This document shows positions 54,776-64,000 of a DNA stretch of 64,000 nucleotides, piece after piece (positions within the stretch are counted from its first letter, which is position 1; each line of letters opens with the position of its first letter). The notes under the pieces are model-generated. The model did not search any database. It had not been told where the DNA came from and worked only from the letters and a program-made list of their open reading frames with translations. The stretch is from Candidatus Eiseniibacteriota bacterium (GTDB lineage Bacteria > Eisenbacteria > RBG-16-71-46), in NCBI GenBank assembly GCA_044223005.1, contig JBGAML010000009.1, positions 64,001-128,000 on the forward strand, written 5' to 3'. Both the position numbers and the translations under genes were made by a program.

Positions 54776-55818
54776 GCGAGCGGCACCGGAACTGGCCCGT
54801 GAACCTGCGCATCGACCCGACGGCGTTCATCGCCCCGGGAGCCGTCGTCGTGGGCGACGTCGCGATCGGGGCACGCTCCAGCATCTGGTTCAACACCGTG
54901 GCGCGCGGCGACTCCGAGCGCATCGAGATCGGCGACGACACGAACGTGCAGGACAACAGCACGGTCCACGTCGACGAGGGCATGCCCGCGCTCGTCGGCC
55001 ATCGCGTCACCGTGGGCCACCGCGCCATCGTGCACGGCTGCGTGATCGAGGACGACGTGCTCGTGGGCATGGGCGCCGTCGTGCTCTCCGGCGCCCGCAT
55101 CGGCCGCGGTTCGCTGATCGGCGCCGGCGCGCTGGTGAAGGAAGGGCAGGTGATCCCGGCCGGCGTGCTCGCGGTCGGCGCGCCGGCGAAGGTGATCGGC
55201 GAGGTGAAGGACACGCACCGCGAGGCGATCGCCGCCGGCGCGAAGCATTACGCCGAGCTGGCGCGCACGTACGTGGCCCGTGGCATCGCCAACCTCGTGC
55301 CGCTCTCGGCGCGCGGCGCGGCCGCGTACCCGCGGCTCACGTCGCCCATGGACCACCTCGAGTGGGAGCAGCGGCTCGAGGTGCTCGCCGCGGGACCACG
55401 CCGGGCCGCCGAGGCGTTCGAACGGCACGGGATCGAGGCGTTCCGGCGCGCGCCCGAAGGCGGTGGCTGGAGCGCGCTCGAGATCGTGGTCCACCTGCGG
55501 GACTGCGAGCGCGAAGTGCTCCTGCCGCGGCTCGAGCAGGTGCTCGCGGAGGATTTCCCGGCGCTCACGCCGATCGACATGACGCGGTTCGAGGAGGTCG
55601 CCAAGCATGCCGATCTCGCCGCGGCGCTCGCCGACTGGGCGAGCCTGCGCGCGCGGCTCGTGCGCCGGCTCGCGCCGCTGCGCCCCGAGGACTGGCAGCG
55701 GCCGCTGCTGCACCCGCTGCGAGGCCCGCACACGCTGGCCGACATGGTGCGCCAGTGGGCGGAGCACGACCTCTCGCACCGCCGGCAGTGGCGCGCGGCG
55801 CTGGGGGAGTTCGCGTGA
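54772..55818 (+). CDS. Gamma-carbonic-anhydrase-family protein fused to a DinB-like domain
   Basis: Hexapeptide repeats with RGD, NVQDNSTVH, VGH, VHGC; C-terminal WSALEIVVHLRD...EHDLSH. Confidence 0.85.
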   Translation: MSERHRNWPVNLRIDPTAFIAPGAVVVGDVAIGARSSIWFNTVARGDSERIEIGDDTNVQDNSTVHVDEGMPALVGHRVTVGHRAIVHGCVIEDDVLVGMGAVVLSGARIGRGSLIGAGALVKEGQVIPAGVLAVGAPAKVIGEVKDTHREAIAAGAKHYAELARTYVARGIANLVPLSARGAAAYPRLTSPMDHLEWEQRLEVLAAGPRRAAEAFERHGIEAFRRAPEGGGWSALEIVVHLRDCEREVLLPRLEQVLAEDFPALTPIDMTRFEEVAKHADLAAALADWASLRARLVRRLAPLRPEDWQRPLLHPLRGPHTLADMVRQWAEHDLSHRRQWRAALGEFA

Positions 55819-56495
55819 TCGTCGTCCCGGGCCCGCTCGATCCGCCGGCCGACCGGCTGCTGGCGGCGGTCGAGGCGCGCGGGCTGGGCGCGACGATGAC
55901 GGTGCAGACGCTGCCGCCGGGCGAGGAGCCGGTGACGGTGGCGGTCTCGAGCGGTCCGTTCGTGTTCGACTTTGCGGCGCTGGTCGCGGCGCTGCGCCGG
56001 CCGTTCCGCGTGCTGATGCTCTCGCGCCTCGGCGCTCACCCGGACGCGCGCGCCGCGGCGCTGCAGCGGCTGTGGTGGCTCGAGGAGCACGTACGCGGCG
56101 GCGGCGTGCCGACGCTCACGCTGCGCTTCGCGCCGCTGCTGGGGCCGGGTGCGCCGCTCTGGCAGCGGTTGCGCTCGCGGCCGCACCTGCCGCGCGGCGG
56201 CCGGCAGCTCGTGAACCCGGCGCTGGAGTCCGACGCGGTCGAGACGCTGGTGCGCGCGCTGGACGGGCGCGCGGCATGGAGCGGCTGGTACGAAGTCGCG
56301 GGACCGGAGGCGTGGACGCTCGCCGAACTGCGCGACCTCGCGGCGGCCGCGGGGCGCGACCGCGACCGCGGCGCGTGGGTGCCGACCCTCGAGGAGATCG
56401 CCGAGCACCGGCTCGCCGAAGCGGGCCCCTGGATCGAGCACTTCGGCGTGACGCCCGCGCCGCTCGCGGGTGCGCTCGCGGGGAGGGCCGCGTGA
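55815..56495 (+). CDS. Atypical SDR/NmrA-like protein lacking the N-terminal Rossmann GxxGxxG
   Basis: [40 protein letters not shown] resemble the C-terminal part of NDUFA9-like epimerases. Confidence 0.55.
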   Translation: MIVVPGPLDPPADRLLAAVEARGLGATMTVQTLPPGEEPVTVAVSSGPFVFDFAALVAALRRPFRVLMLSRLGAHPDARAAALQRLWWLEEHVRGGGVPTLTLRFAPLLGPGAPLWQRLRSRPHLPRGGRQLVNPALESDAVETLVRALDGRAAWSGWYEVAGPEAWTLAELRDLAAAAGRDRDRGAWVPTLEEIAEHRLAEAGPWIEHFGVTPAPLAGALAGRAA

Positions 56496-57094
56496 GCGCG
56501 CGCCGCGCCGCACCCGCGCGTGCCGCCGCGCCGAAGCGCTCTGGCCGCGCCCGGCCGAAGCTCGCGGTGGTGCGCGGCGACGTGCACGGGACGCGGCAGG
56601 TGCCGCCTCGCCCGGTCGGCTTCGCGATCGTGACGGTGAGCGACACGCGCCGCGGCCGCGACGATCGCAGCGGCGCGCTCGCGCACGAACGCATCGAGCG
56701 AGAGGGCCACGAGGTGGTGCGGCGCGCGTGGGTGCACGACGCCGTGCCCGAGATCCGCCGTGCGGTCCGCGGGCTGCTGCGACTGCGCGCCGTGGACGTC
56801 GTACTGGTGACGGGCGGCACCGGCCTCGCACCGCGCGACGTCACGCCCGAAGCGGTGGCGCCCCTGCTGCAGCGCGAGCTGCCCGGTTTCGGCGAGGCGT
56901 TCCGCGCCGCGTCGCGCGCCCAGGTCGGCAGCAAGGCGTGGCTCTCTCGCGCCGGCGCCGGGGTCGCGTCCGGACGGCTGCTCGTCTACCTTCCCGGCTC
57001 CACGGCCGCGGTGGAATTGGCGCTCCGCGAGCTGCTGTTGCCCGAAGTCGTCCACGCCGTGCGGCTGCTCGGCCGCTTCGAAACCGGGGAGTGA
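56492..57094 (+). CDS. moaB: Molybdenum cofactor biosynthesis protein MoaB/MogA
   Basis: [41 protein letters not shown]. Confidence 0.88.
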   Translation: MSARRAAPARAAAPKRSGRARPKLAVVRGDVHGTRQVPPRPVGFAIVTVSDTRRGRDDRSGALAHERIEREGHEVVRRAWVHDAVPEIRRAVRGLLRLRAVDVVLVTGGTGLAPRDVTPEAVAPLLQRELPGFGEAFRAASRAQVGSKAWLSRAGAGVASGRLLVYLPGSTAAVELALRELLLPEVVHAVRLLGRFETGE

Positions 57095-57096
57095 CC

Positions 57097-57651
57097 ATGT
57101 CCATCCGTCCCGACCACTGGATTCGCCGGATGTGTCTCGAACACGGGATGATCACACCGTTCGAGGAGAAGCAGGTGCGCCAGGGCGTCATTTCGTACGG
57201 CGTGTCGTCGTACGGCTACGACATCCGCGTCTCCGACGAGTTCAAGATCTTCACCAACGTGATGTCGACGGTGGTGGACCCCAAGAACGTCGATCCGCAG
57301 TCGATGATCGACTTCAAGGGACCCGTGTGCGTGGTGCCGCCCAACTCGTTCGCGCTCGCGCGCACGATCGAGTACTTCCGCATCCCGCGGAACGTGCTCA
57401 CGATCTGCGTGGGCAAGAGCACCTACGCGCGGTGCGGTATCATCACCAACGTGACGCCGTTCGAGCCCGAATGGGAGGGACACGTCACGCTCGAGATCAG
57501 CAACACCACCCCGCTGCCGGCGCGGATCTACGCCAACGAAGGCATCGCGCAGGTGCTGTTCTTCGAAAGCGACTCGCCGTGCGAGACGTCGTACAAGGAC
57601 AAGGCGGGCAAGTACCAGGGCCAGACCGGGATCACGCTGCCGCGACTGTGA
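57097..57651 (+). CDS. dcd: dCTP deaminase
   Basis: [53 protein letters not shown]. Confidence 0.97.
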   Translation: MSIRPDHWIRRMCLEHGMITPFEEKQVRQGVISYGVSSYGYDIRVSDEFKIFTNVMSTVVDPKNVDPQSMIDFKGPVCVVPPNSFALARTIEYFRIPRNVLTICVGKSTYARCGIITNVTPFEPEWEGHVTLEISNTTPLPARIYANEGIAQVLFFESDSPCETSYKDKAGKYQGQTGITLPRL

Positions 57652-57691
57652 CGCTCCCCGCGTCGTGGCGATGCAGCGAAAGGAAGGCCGC

Positions 57692-58915
57692 ATGAACGGC
57701 CGGAACGTGCAGTGGATGGTGCGGACGCTCGCGATCGCGGGCGCGGGAGTGGCGGTGCTCGCGGCGCTGGCGAGCGCCCAGATCGTCAGCGGAGTGGATC
57801 CTTCTGCGCGCGCGGGAGGCATGGGCGGCGCGACGGGCGCGATCGGGTGGGGCGGCACGCCCGACCTGTGGGCGAATCCGGCGCTCGCGGCGACGGTCCC
57901 GGGCTTTTCGATCCAGACCTCGGCGCAGCAGCTGCTCCCGGAGTTCGCGTCCGACCTGCGGCTGCACTCGACGTCGATCACCGCGACGTTCGCCGGGCTG
58001 TCGTTCTCGAGTACGGGCCGGCCGTTCGGCGGCACGGAGCTGCGCGAGCGCGACGCGATCCTGACCCTCGACACGTTGCGCAGCATCGCCGTGGTGCCGT
58101 GGGCGGAACGCTCCGAGAGCCGTGCCGCGGCGATTTCGCTGGCGTCGCTCGCCGACGCGGTGCTCGCGCTGCGGGGAGGCGCGCACCCGCGCGTGTCGGA
58201 GTGGGCCGACGTGGGCTTCGGTCGCCGCTGGAAGCAGCGCGCGCAGTACGGCCCGTTCCTGACCGAGGGAGCGAGCGCGTCGCGCGACGAAGGCTGGTAC
58301 GCGCGCGTGGTGCCGCTCGATCCGCGCCGCGGCGTCGACGTGCCCGAAGGCGGCCTGCGACTAGAGCTGGCCGTCGCGCACGCGGTGATCGACGCGCGCA
58401 CGTCGCCGGCCATCCCGGCCACGGCTGTCGCGCCACTTCAGCGCCGCGACGGCGCCGCGCTCCACGCCTCGTGGTTCGGTCCCTCGCGCCGCGGCGCGCC
58501 CGGTGCGGCGATCACGGACGCGTTCCGCGGCGGCGGCTTTGGCCCGCCCGTGGACGTGACGCTGGCCTACGAGCGCGAGCGCGACGAGCCGCTGCCCGGG
58601 CGCGGCCCGTTCGGGGAGGTCTTCCCGGCCGGCGCCGGCTGGACCGTGAACCACTACGGGCTCGAAGCGACGTTTTTCGGGCTGCTCACGGGTCGTGCGG
58701 GGTACATCGATGACCCCTCGGGCGAGATCCGCAAACCGACGTTCGGCTTCGGCGCCTGCCTGCCGCTCGGCCGCGGGGGCGAGGTGCGCTACGACATGGG
58801 CAGCGTCCCGCAGGCGAGCGGACTGGAGAAGCGCGTGACGCGGCACGAAGTGGCCGTCCGGCTCGACCCGGTCGCGCGCTGGTTCGGCCCCCGCTCGAGC
58901 GCCGCGACGCCGTAG
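57692..58915 (+). CDS. PorV/FadL-like outer-membrane beta-barrel (paralog A)
   Basis: Signal peptide, PSARAGGMGG...WANPA, GLEATF..LLTGRAGYIDD, TFGFG, RYDMGSVPQA. Confidence 0.6.
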   Translation: MNGRNVQWMVRTLAIAGAGVAVLAALASAQIVSGVDPSARAGGMGGATGAIGWGGTPDLWANPALAATVPGFSIQTSAQQLLPEFASDLRLHSTSITATFAGLSFSSTGRPFGGTELRERDAILTLDTLRSIAVVPWAERSESRAAAISLASLADAVLALRGGAHPRVSEWADVGFGRRWKQRAQYGPFLTEGASASRDEGWYARVVPLDPRRGVDVPEGGLRLELAVAHAVIDARTSPAIPATAVAPLQRRDGAALHASWFGPSRRGAPGAAITDAFRGGGFGPPVDVTLAYERERDEPLPGRGPFGEVFPAGAGWTVNHYGLEATFFGLLTGRAGYIDDPSGEIRKPTFGFGACLPLGRGGEVRYDMGSVPQASGLEKRVTRHEVAVRLDPVARWFGPRSSAATP

Positions 58916-58989
58916 TCGACGTTCTCGGAAGACGAATCGTTTCGTACCGTTCCCCACAGGTCAGCGTCCCCCGAGGAAGGCAGTTCGCC

Positions 58990-60207
58990 ATGCTGTCGCC
59001 GATTGGCCGGCGAATCGTCACCGCGGCGCTCCTCACCGCGGTCGCTTCGAAAGCTCACGCGCAGGGAACCGCGCGCTCGCAGGACATCGACACCTCCATC
59101 CGCGCCGTGGGAATGGGCGGCACGAGCGCCGGCGTCACGTGGGGGGATCCCAACGTCTGGGGCAATCCCGCATCGCTCGGGCGCGTGGAGGGGTTCCGGT
59201 TCGAGCACGGGCATACGCAGCTCGTGCCGGGGCTCGCGACCGATGTCTTCCTCGACTCCGACCGGGCGTGCTTCGGCGCCCACGGCGTCGGTGTCGCACT
59301 GATGGGGCTTCCGAGCGGGGTCGGAGGGCTTCGATTGTCGTATGGGTCTTCGGAAGTCACCGATGCCTACGGGATCCCGATCGGGACGTTCGATTCCGAA
59401 GAGACCGTTCACGCCGCATCCATCGGAGTGTCCTTCGCCGGCGTCCGCGATGCGCTGCGTGCTCGCCGTGGAGCCGCTCCGGGTTCGAGTGCGTGGGATG
59501 TCTCGGGGGGGCTGAGCGTCAAGCGCGTGCGGATGTCACTTGCCCCCGTGTTCGGGACGGCTTCGGCCACGACGGTCGATGTGGGCGTGCTGGGGCGGCT
59601 CTCGCCGCTCGTGTTGCTCCCCGCGGGAGCTTCGGGAGGCGCGTGGACGCGCTGGGCGCTCTTCGACCTGGGAGCCGGTTACAGCGTGCTCGACGCGAAT
59701 CACGCCATCTTCGATTTCGGCCCGGGCGGCTCGAGCCCGCCCACGCGCATGCACCGGCTGGGTGGTTCGGCACGCGTGGGGCTCCAGTTGCCCCCGGTGG
59801 GTGGTGATCCCTGGGTGCGGGCGATCGTCTCGGGGTTCTCGCCGCTCGTCGCGGTGGGTTACGCGCGCGACCACGATGCGGTCAGCGCGGCAGGCACGAA
59901 TCACGGTCGCTACCGCGTCGAGCACGAGGGCGTCGAGATCAGCGTCGCCAACGTGTTCACGTGGCGGCATGGCTACTGGACCGACCGGCTCGGGGACATC
60001 GTGGACGACACGAGTGGCTACGGCTACGGGTTCACCCTCGGGCCGTGGGCGGGTTTCCGTCGCGACCATGCGAGCATGCCGCAGGCGACGGACTCCGGAT
60101 TGCCGCGCGTGAAGCGCGACGGCTGGACCGCATGGCTCGACGTGATGCGCGTCGTCCACGACCTGCGTGGCCCCTCGATGAGCACCGCTCCGGGAGCCGG
60201 GCGATGA
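58990..60207 (+). CDS. PorV/FadL-like outer-membrane beta-barrel (paralog B)
   Basis: Signal peptide, TSIRAVGMGG...WGNPA, QLVPGLATD, GVEISVANVFTWRHGY.TD, RDHASMPQA; co-linear with paralog A. Confidence 0.62.
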   Translation: MLSPIGRRIVTAALLTAVASKAHAQGTARSQDIDTSIRAVGMGGTSAGVTWGDPNVWGNPASLGRVEGFRFEHGHTQLVPGLATDVFLDSDRACFGAHGVGVALMGLPSGVGGLRLSYGSSEVTDAYGIPIGTFDSEETVHAASIGVSFAGVRDALRARRGAAPGSSAWDVSGGLSVKRVRMSLAPVFGTASATTVDVGVLGRLSPLVLLPAGASGGAWTRWALFDLGAGYSVLDANHAIFDFGPGGSSPPTRMHRLGGSARVGLQLPPVGGDPWVRAIVSGFSPLVAVGYARDHDAVSAAGTNHGRYRVEHEGVEISVANVFTWRHGYWTDRLGDIVDDTSGYGYGFTLGPWAGFRRDHASMPQATDSGLPRVKRDGWTAWLDVMRVVHDLRGPSMSTAPGAGR

Positions 60208-60953
60208 GGCCTGCGAGCGCCGTCGGCGCGTTCGTCCTGCTCGCGTGCGTGCTCTCGGCGCCTGCATTCGCCGCGGTCCGCTTCGGGATCGTCGGCGGCA
60301 TGCAATCGACGTGGATGCAGCAGGGCGACCAGCACGAGACGGACGGGGCTTATCCCGTTTCGAAATCCGTCTGGTCCGGCTGCGGCGGCCTGTCGCTCTC
60401 GGTGCCGCTCGCGCACGGCTTCGCGGTTGGGACCGGGCTCGAGTACCAGCCGTTCGTCGACCGGCGCGAGGTGGTCACGTCGTTCCTCTCGATAACGGCC
60501 TTCGACTCGACGCAGGTCTGGGGCACCTCGCGAATCGAGACGCGAGCACACACGATCGTGCTGCCACTGCGCCTGGAGTACGCGCATCGGGGCGTGCGGC
60601 TGGGGTTCGGGCCGCAGGTCCGCTTCACCGTCTCGGCTCGCCAACGGCTCGAGGCGACTCTCGGCGGCGCCCCGCCCGTCGCGCCGGCCGCTTCGGCACG
60701 GAAGGCCGGACCCTCGGGGGCGCGCGCGAACATCTTCGAGTCGGTCCGCTCCGGCCAGTGGTACGACGCCACCGACGCGTTCCTTCTCTGCAGCGTGCAG
60801 CCCGTCGCGCTGCTGGGGATCGACGTCCCGCTGCACGGACACCGCCTGCGGCTCGAAGGGCGCGAGTCCTGGGGAGGCACCGAGATGATGTGGCGCCAGT
60901 CGGAGGGCCTGAGCCCGATCGCGGTGCAGATCGCCGCCGGCTGGGAGTTCTGA
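60204..60953 (+). CDS. Small outer-membrane beta-barrel (PorT-like)
   Basis: Signal peptide AFA-A, RFGIVGG, GLEY, IVLPL, GFGPQ, LEGR, C-terminal AAGWEF. Confidence 0.55.
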   Translation: MRPASAVGAFVLLACVLSAPAFAAVRFGIVGGMQSTWMQQGDQHETDGAYPVSKSVWSGCGGLSLSVPLAHGFAVGTGLEYQPFVDRREVVTSFLSITAFDSTQVWGTSRIETRAHTIVLPLRLEYAHRGVRLGFGPQVRFTVSARQRLEATLGGAPPVAPAASARKAGPSGARANIFESVRSGQWYDATDAFLLCSVQPVALLGIDVPLHGHRLRLEGRESWGGTEMMWRQSEGLSPIAVQIAAGWEF

Positions 60954-61005
60954 GCGGGGCAGGAGACGCTGTCGCGACCCGCTTCTCGGCCGGCCGGGGA
61001 GCGGG

Positions 61006-61034
61006 TTGCGCGATTCGGGGTGCGCGGCTAACTT
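61006..61034 (+). promoter_or_regulatory. Putative sigma70 promoter for the standalone nuoI
   Basis: TTGCGC-N17-TAACTT; AGGGAG RBS before ATG 61074. Confidence 0.35.
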
Positions 61035-61073
61035 CCTCGGGTCCGCTGTCCCGTACCTTCAGGGAGTGAAGCG

Positions 61074-61520
61074 ATGATCAAGGAACTCGCGACCGGTCTC
61101 GGCGTCACGTTCGGGAACATGTTCCGCAAGCCGTATACGGTCCTGTACCCCGACGAGAAGCTCGAACTCTTTCCCCGTTTCCGCGGCCGGCACATCCTGG
61201 CGCGGCACGAGGACGGCCTCGAGCGCTGCGTGGGTTGCGAGCTGTGCGCCGTGGCCTGCCCGGCCGACGCGATCTTCGTGAAGGCCGCCGAGAACGACCC
61301 GGCGAACCCGGTGTCGCACGGCGAGCGCTACGCCGAGCGCTACGAGATCAACATGCTGCGCTGCATCTTCTGTGGCATGTGCGAGGAAGCCTGTCCCGAA
61401 GACGCGATCTGGCTCGAGAAGGAATACGAGCTCGCGGACTACGACCGCGACGCCTTCATCTACACGAAGGACGAGATGGTCGTGCCGATGGAGAAGGCGG
61501 GCTACCTGCCGCAGCGCTGA
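61074..61520 (+). CDS. nuoI: NADH-quinone oxidoreductase subunit I (2x[4Fe-4S]), orphan
   Basis: [42 protein letters not shown]. Confidence 0.93.
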   Translation: MIKELATGLGVTFGNMFRKPYTVLYPDEKLELFPRFRGRHILARHEDGLERCVGCELCAVACPADAIFVKAAENDPANPVSHGERYAERYEINMLRCIFCGMCEEACPEDAIWLEKEYELADYDRDAFIYTKDEMVVPMEKAGYLPQR

Positions 61521-61535
61521 GCGGTACCGATTTCA

Positions 61536-61569
61536 CGCGAGGCGGTCGTCCACGGACGGCCGCCTCGCG
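61536..61569. terminator. Long hairpin between convergent nuoI and cysteine desulfurase-like genes
   Basis: CGCGAGGCGGTCGTC-CACG-GACGGCCGCCTCGCG. Confidence 0.6.
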
Positions 61570-61596
61570 GCGTTTCCGGGGCCCGGGCTCTCGCGC

Positions 61597-62853
61597 CTAA
61601 CGCGCGGAGAGGGCCGCGTCGAACGCGACGATCAGCCGCTCGACCTCGGCGGGCGTGTTGTAGTGGGCGAGGCTGGCGCGGACGATGCCGCCGCGCGCGT
61701 GCAGGCCCAGCGCCTCGATGGCGCGATGCGCGTAGAAGTGACCCCAGCGCACCGCCACGCGGGCAGCATCCAGCCGTGGCGGGAGCGTGCTCGCGTCGCG
61801 GCCTTCGACCGTGAACGCCACGATGGGCACGCGCCGTGCCGGATCGGCGTCCGGCTCGCCGACGATCCGCACCTCGGGGCGAGCCCTCAGGAACGCGAGC
61901 AGCGGCGCGACGAGTGCCGCCTCGTGCGCGGCGATGGCGTCGAAGGCGCGCGCGAGCCGGGTGCGCTCGTCGCCGGCGCCGCCGCCCGGCAGGCGCGCCT
62001 CCAGCGCCAGGAGGTACTCGGGCACCGCGGGCAGGGCAGCGGCCAGCTCGTGCGGCACGCTGCCGGGCTCGAGCTTGTACGGCACCTCGTGCTCGCCGAT
62101 GAAGAAGTGGTTCTGCGACGCCGCGCGCCGCAGCAGCTCGCCGCGGCCCCACAGGAGCGCCAGGTGCGGGCCGAAGGTCTTGTAGAGCGAGACGGCGTAG
62201 AAGTCGGCGCCGGTCGCCGTCACGTCGACGAGCCGGTGCGGCGCGAACGCGACGCCGTCGATGCACGCGAGCGCGCCCGCGGCGTGCACGGCGCGCACGA
62301 TGTTCGCGGCGTCGTGCAGCGTGCCGACCACGTTGGAGCAGTGCGTGAACGCGACGAGGCGCGTGCGCGCCCCGAGCAGCGGCTCGAGGTCGGCGAGTTC
62401 CAGCGCGCCGGTCTCGGGCCGCAGGCGCCACTCGCGCACCACGACGCCGCGCTCGGCGAGCCCGCGCCACGGGCCGATGTTCGATTCGTGGTCGAGGTTG
62501 GTGACCACGACTTCGTCGCCGGGCACGAGCCCGGGCGCGAGCGCGCGCGCGAGGAGCCGCAGGTTGGCGGTGGTCGATGCGCCGAGCAGGACCTCGCCGG
62601 GCGCCGCGCCCACCAGCTGCTCGGCCGCGCGATGGCCGGCTTCGACGCGCGCGGTGGCCGCGGCCGAGAGCGCGTAGCTGGCGCCCAGCTGTACCGAGCC
62701 CGCGAGCATGTGCGCGCGCACGCGCTCGATCGCGCCGGCGAGCGGCACGCTGCCGCCGGCGTTGTCGAACAGCGCCCAGTCGGTCGCGAGCGCGGGGAAC
62801 TGCGCGCGCACGAACTCCAGCGTGGACGACGGGAAGAGCGCGGGAGCGATCAT
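61597..62853 (-). CDS. Cysteine desulfurase-like PLP enzyme (aminotransferase class V)
   Basis: FDNAGGS, LDHESNIGPW, SNVVGT, DGVAFAPH, SLYKTFGPH (PLP Lys), RASLAHYNT. Confidence 0.9.
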   Translation of the reverse strand: MIAPALFPSSTLEFVRAQFPALATDWALFDNAGGSVPLAGAIERVRAHMLAGSVQLGASYALSAAATARVEAGHRAAEQLVGAAPGEVLLGASTTANLRLLARALAPGLVPGDEVVVTNLDHESNIGPWRGLAERGVVVREWRLRPETGALELADLEPLLGARTRLVAFTHCSNVVGTLHDAANIVRAVHAAGALACIDGVAFAPHRLVDVTATGADFYAVSLYKTFGPHLALLWGRGELLRRAASQNHFFIGEHEVPYKLEPGSVPHELAAALPAVPEYLLALEARLPGGGAGDERTRLARAFDAIAAHEAALVAPLLAFLRARPEVRIVGEPDADPARRVPIVAFTVEGRDASTLPPRLDAARVAVRWGHFYAHRAIEALGLHARGGIVRASLAHYNTPAEVERLIVAFDAALSAR

Positions 62854-62894
62854 GCGGCGAGCCTAGCACGCACGCCGCGGGGCGTGCGGCGCGT

Positions 62895-63878
62895 TCAGCG
62901 CCCGGCGGCCGGCCCCAGTTGCGCGAGCAGCTTGCGCGCGAGCACCGGCCACGCCCACGGCGCGGCGCTCGCGGGGCCGGCTTCGGCGAGACGGCGGCGC
63001 TCGTCGGCGTCCACCAGCAGGGCGCGGATCGCGCGGCGCAGGAACCACGGGTGGCGCCACGTGACGCGCGCGTTCTCACGGTCGCGAGCGAAGTCGCCCG
63101 TGCCGCTGCGCGTGCACACGAGCGCGCATCCGCACGCGAGCGCTTCCAGCGCGGTGTTGCACCAGCCGGCCTTGCGCTCGGCGGCGACGAACAGGTGCGC
63201 GGACTGGTAGAGCGCGGCCAGTTCGTCCTGCGTCGGGCTCATCACGAAACGGGCGTTGGGCGGCAGCGGCGCGCCGTCCCGCGGATCCTGGCGGTTGTGC
63301 GCGTCCACGTGGTCGAACAGCACGATCTCGAACTCGGGCACCTGCCCCGCGAGCCCGGTGAGAGCCTCGAGCACGAGATCGGTGCCCTTCTTGGGCCGCG
63401 AGCGCCGGCCGTTGACCAGCACGCGCAGCGGCGCGACCGCGCGCCGCTCGGGCGCGGGGCGGAAGTGCGTCGTGCGGATGCCACCGATCCCGTCGATGAC
63501 CGGCCGGCGCGAACGCCGCGCGAGCGCGTGCACGAGTGCCCCGGAGTTGCCGGCGAGGCGTACGCCCGGGTCGGGGATCGCGCGCGCGAGCCCCGCGTCG
63601 CCCTCGAGCACGCAGTAGTAGAGATGCGTCCCGGCCCGGTGCGCGCGGAACGCGTCGTACGTGTGCGGGTCGGCGCCGATCGCGAGGTCGCTCTCGGCCC
63701 CGGCGGCGTCCGCGAGCGGTGCGACGGCGCCGGCGTACGCGAGCCACTCCGGGCGGGTGCCCTCGGGGTGGTAGAGCGTCACCGCGTGGCCCATCGCGGT
63801 CCACTCGTTGCCGAGTTCGAGGAAGCGGCGGACGCCGCCGAAGACGCCGACGTGCGGCAGGAAGGTGGCGATGCGCAT
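62895..63878 (-). CDS. Glycosyltransferase family 4 (GT-B)
   Basis: FGGVRRFLELGN, KKGTD, LYQSAHLFV, ALEALACG. Confidence 0.85.
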   Translation of the reverse strand: MRIATFLPHVGVFGGVRRFLELGNEWTAMGHAVTLYHPEGTRPEWLAYAGAVAPLADAAGAESDLAIGADPHTYDAFRAHRAGTHLYYCVLEGDAGLARAIPDPGVRLAGNSGALVHALARRSRRPVIDGIGGIRTTHFRPAPERRAVAPLRVLVNGRRSRPKKGTDLVLEALTGLAGQVPEFEIVLFDHVDAHNRQDPRDGAPLPPNARFVMSPTQDELAALYQSAHLFVAAERKAGWCNTALEALACGCALVCTRSGTGDFARDRENARVTWRHPWFLRRAIRALLVDADERRRLAEAGPASAAPWAWPVLARKLLAQLGPAAGR

Positions 63879-64000
63879 GCGGGCCGCACGCTAGCAGAGC
63901 GGCCCCGGGCCCGCACGCGCGGGCCCGGCGTGAACGGTGGTGTTTCGCGGCGAAACGCCCGCTGTTCCGGCCCGAAACGCTCGCCCGCGGCCATTCCGGG

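Overview
GC-rich window from a diderm bacterium. Protein style (a C-terminal TTWGALKARYR tail, PorV-like barrels, a FlgD/T9SS-CTD-like tail, a GWxTD-type protein) suggests an FCB-related candidate phylum such as Ca. Eisenbacteria; this is inference only. Most of the window is core chromosome: ftsK-rimO-(hyp)-bamD-nadD, polA-coaE, prfB with its +1 frameshift, a phosphomannomutase, mpg, pfkA-gap-pgk-tpiA-secG-tRNA-Leu, a complete tolQRAB-pal-cpoB operon, and moaB-dcd. The less ordinary parts are: (1) a 1185-bp IS1-like element at 1412-2596 whose gene is missing from the ORF track except for its 3' fragment. It has 24-bp terminal inverted repeats, a frameshifted Zn-finger/HTH/DDE transposase and a sigma54-type -24/-12 motif overlapping its right end, and it sits back-to-back with a sigma54 activator/Ser-Thr kinase pair. 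(2) An outer-membrane cassette at 29.2-39.5 kb: FadL/PorV-like barrel, TonB-dependent receptor, large Ca-binding protein with a T9SS-CTD-like tail, PorV/PorQ-family barrel and GWxTD-type protein. Two more PorV-like barrels and a PorT-like barrel lie at 57.7-61 kb, which suggests a T9SS-related export/surface-display system outside Bacteroidota. (3) Smaller oddities: orphan nuoI, a gamma-CA-DinB fusion, candidate leaderless genes, a lux-box-like dyad and a collagen-like tail. No CRISPR array, rRNA or prophage was seen. All calls come from motif reading without database searches.
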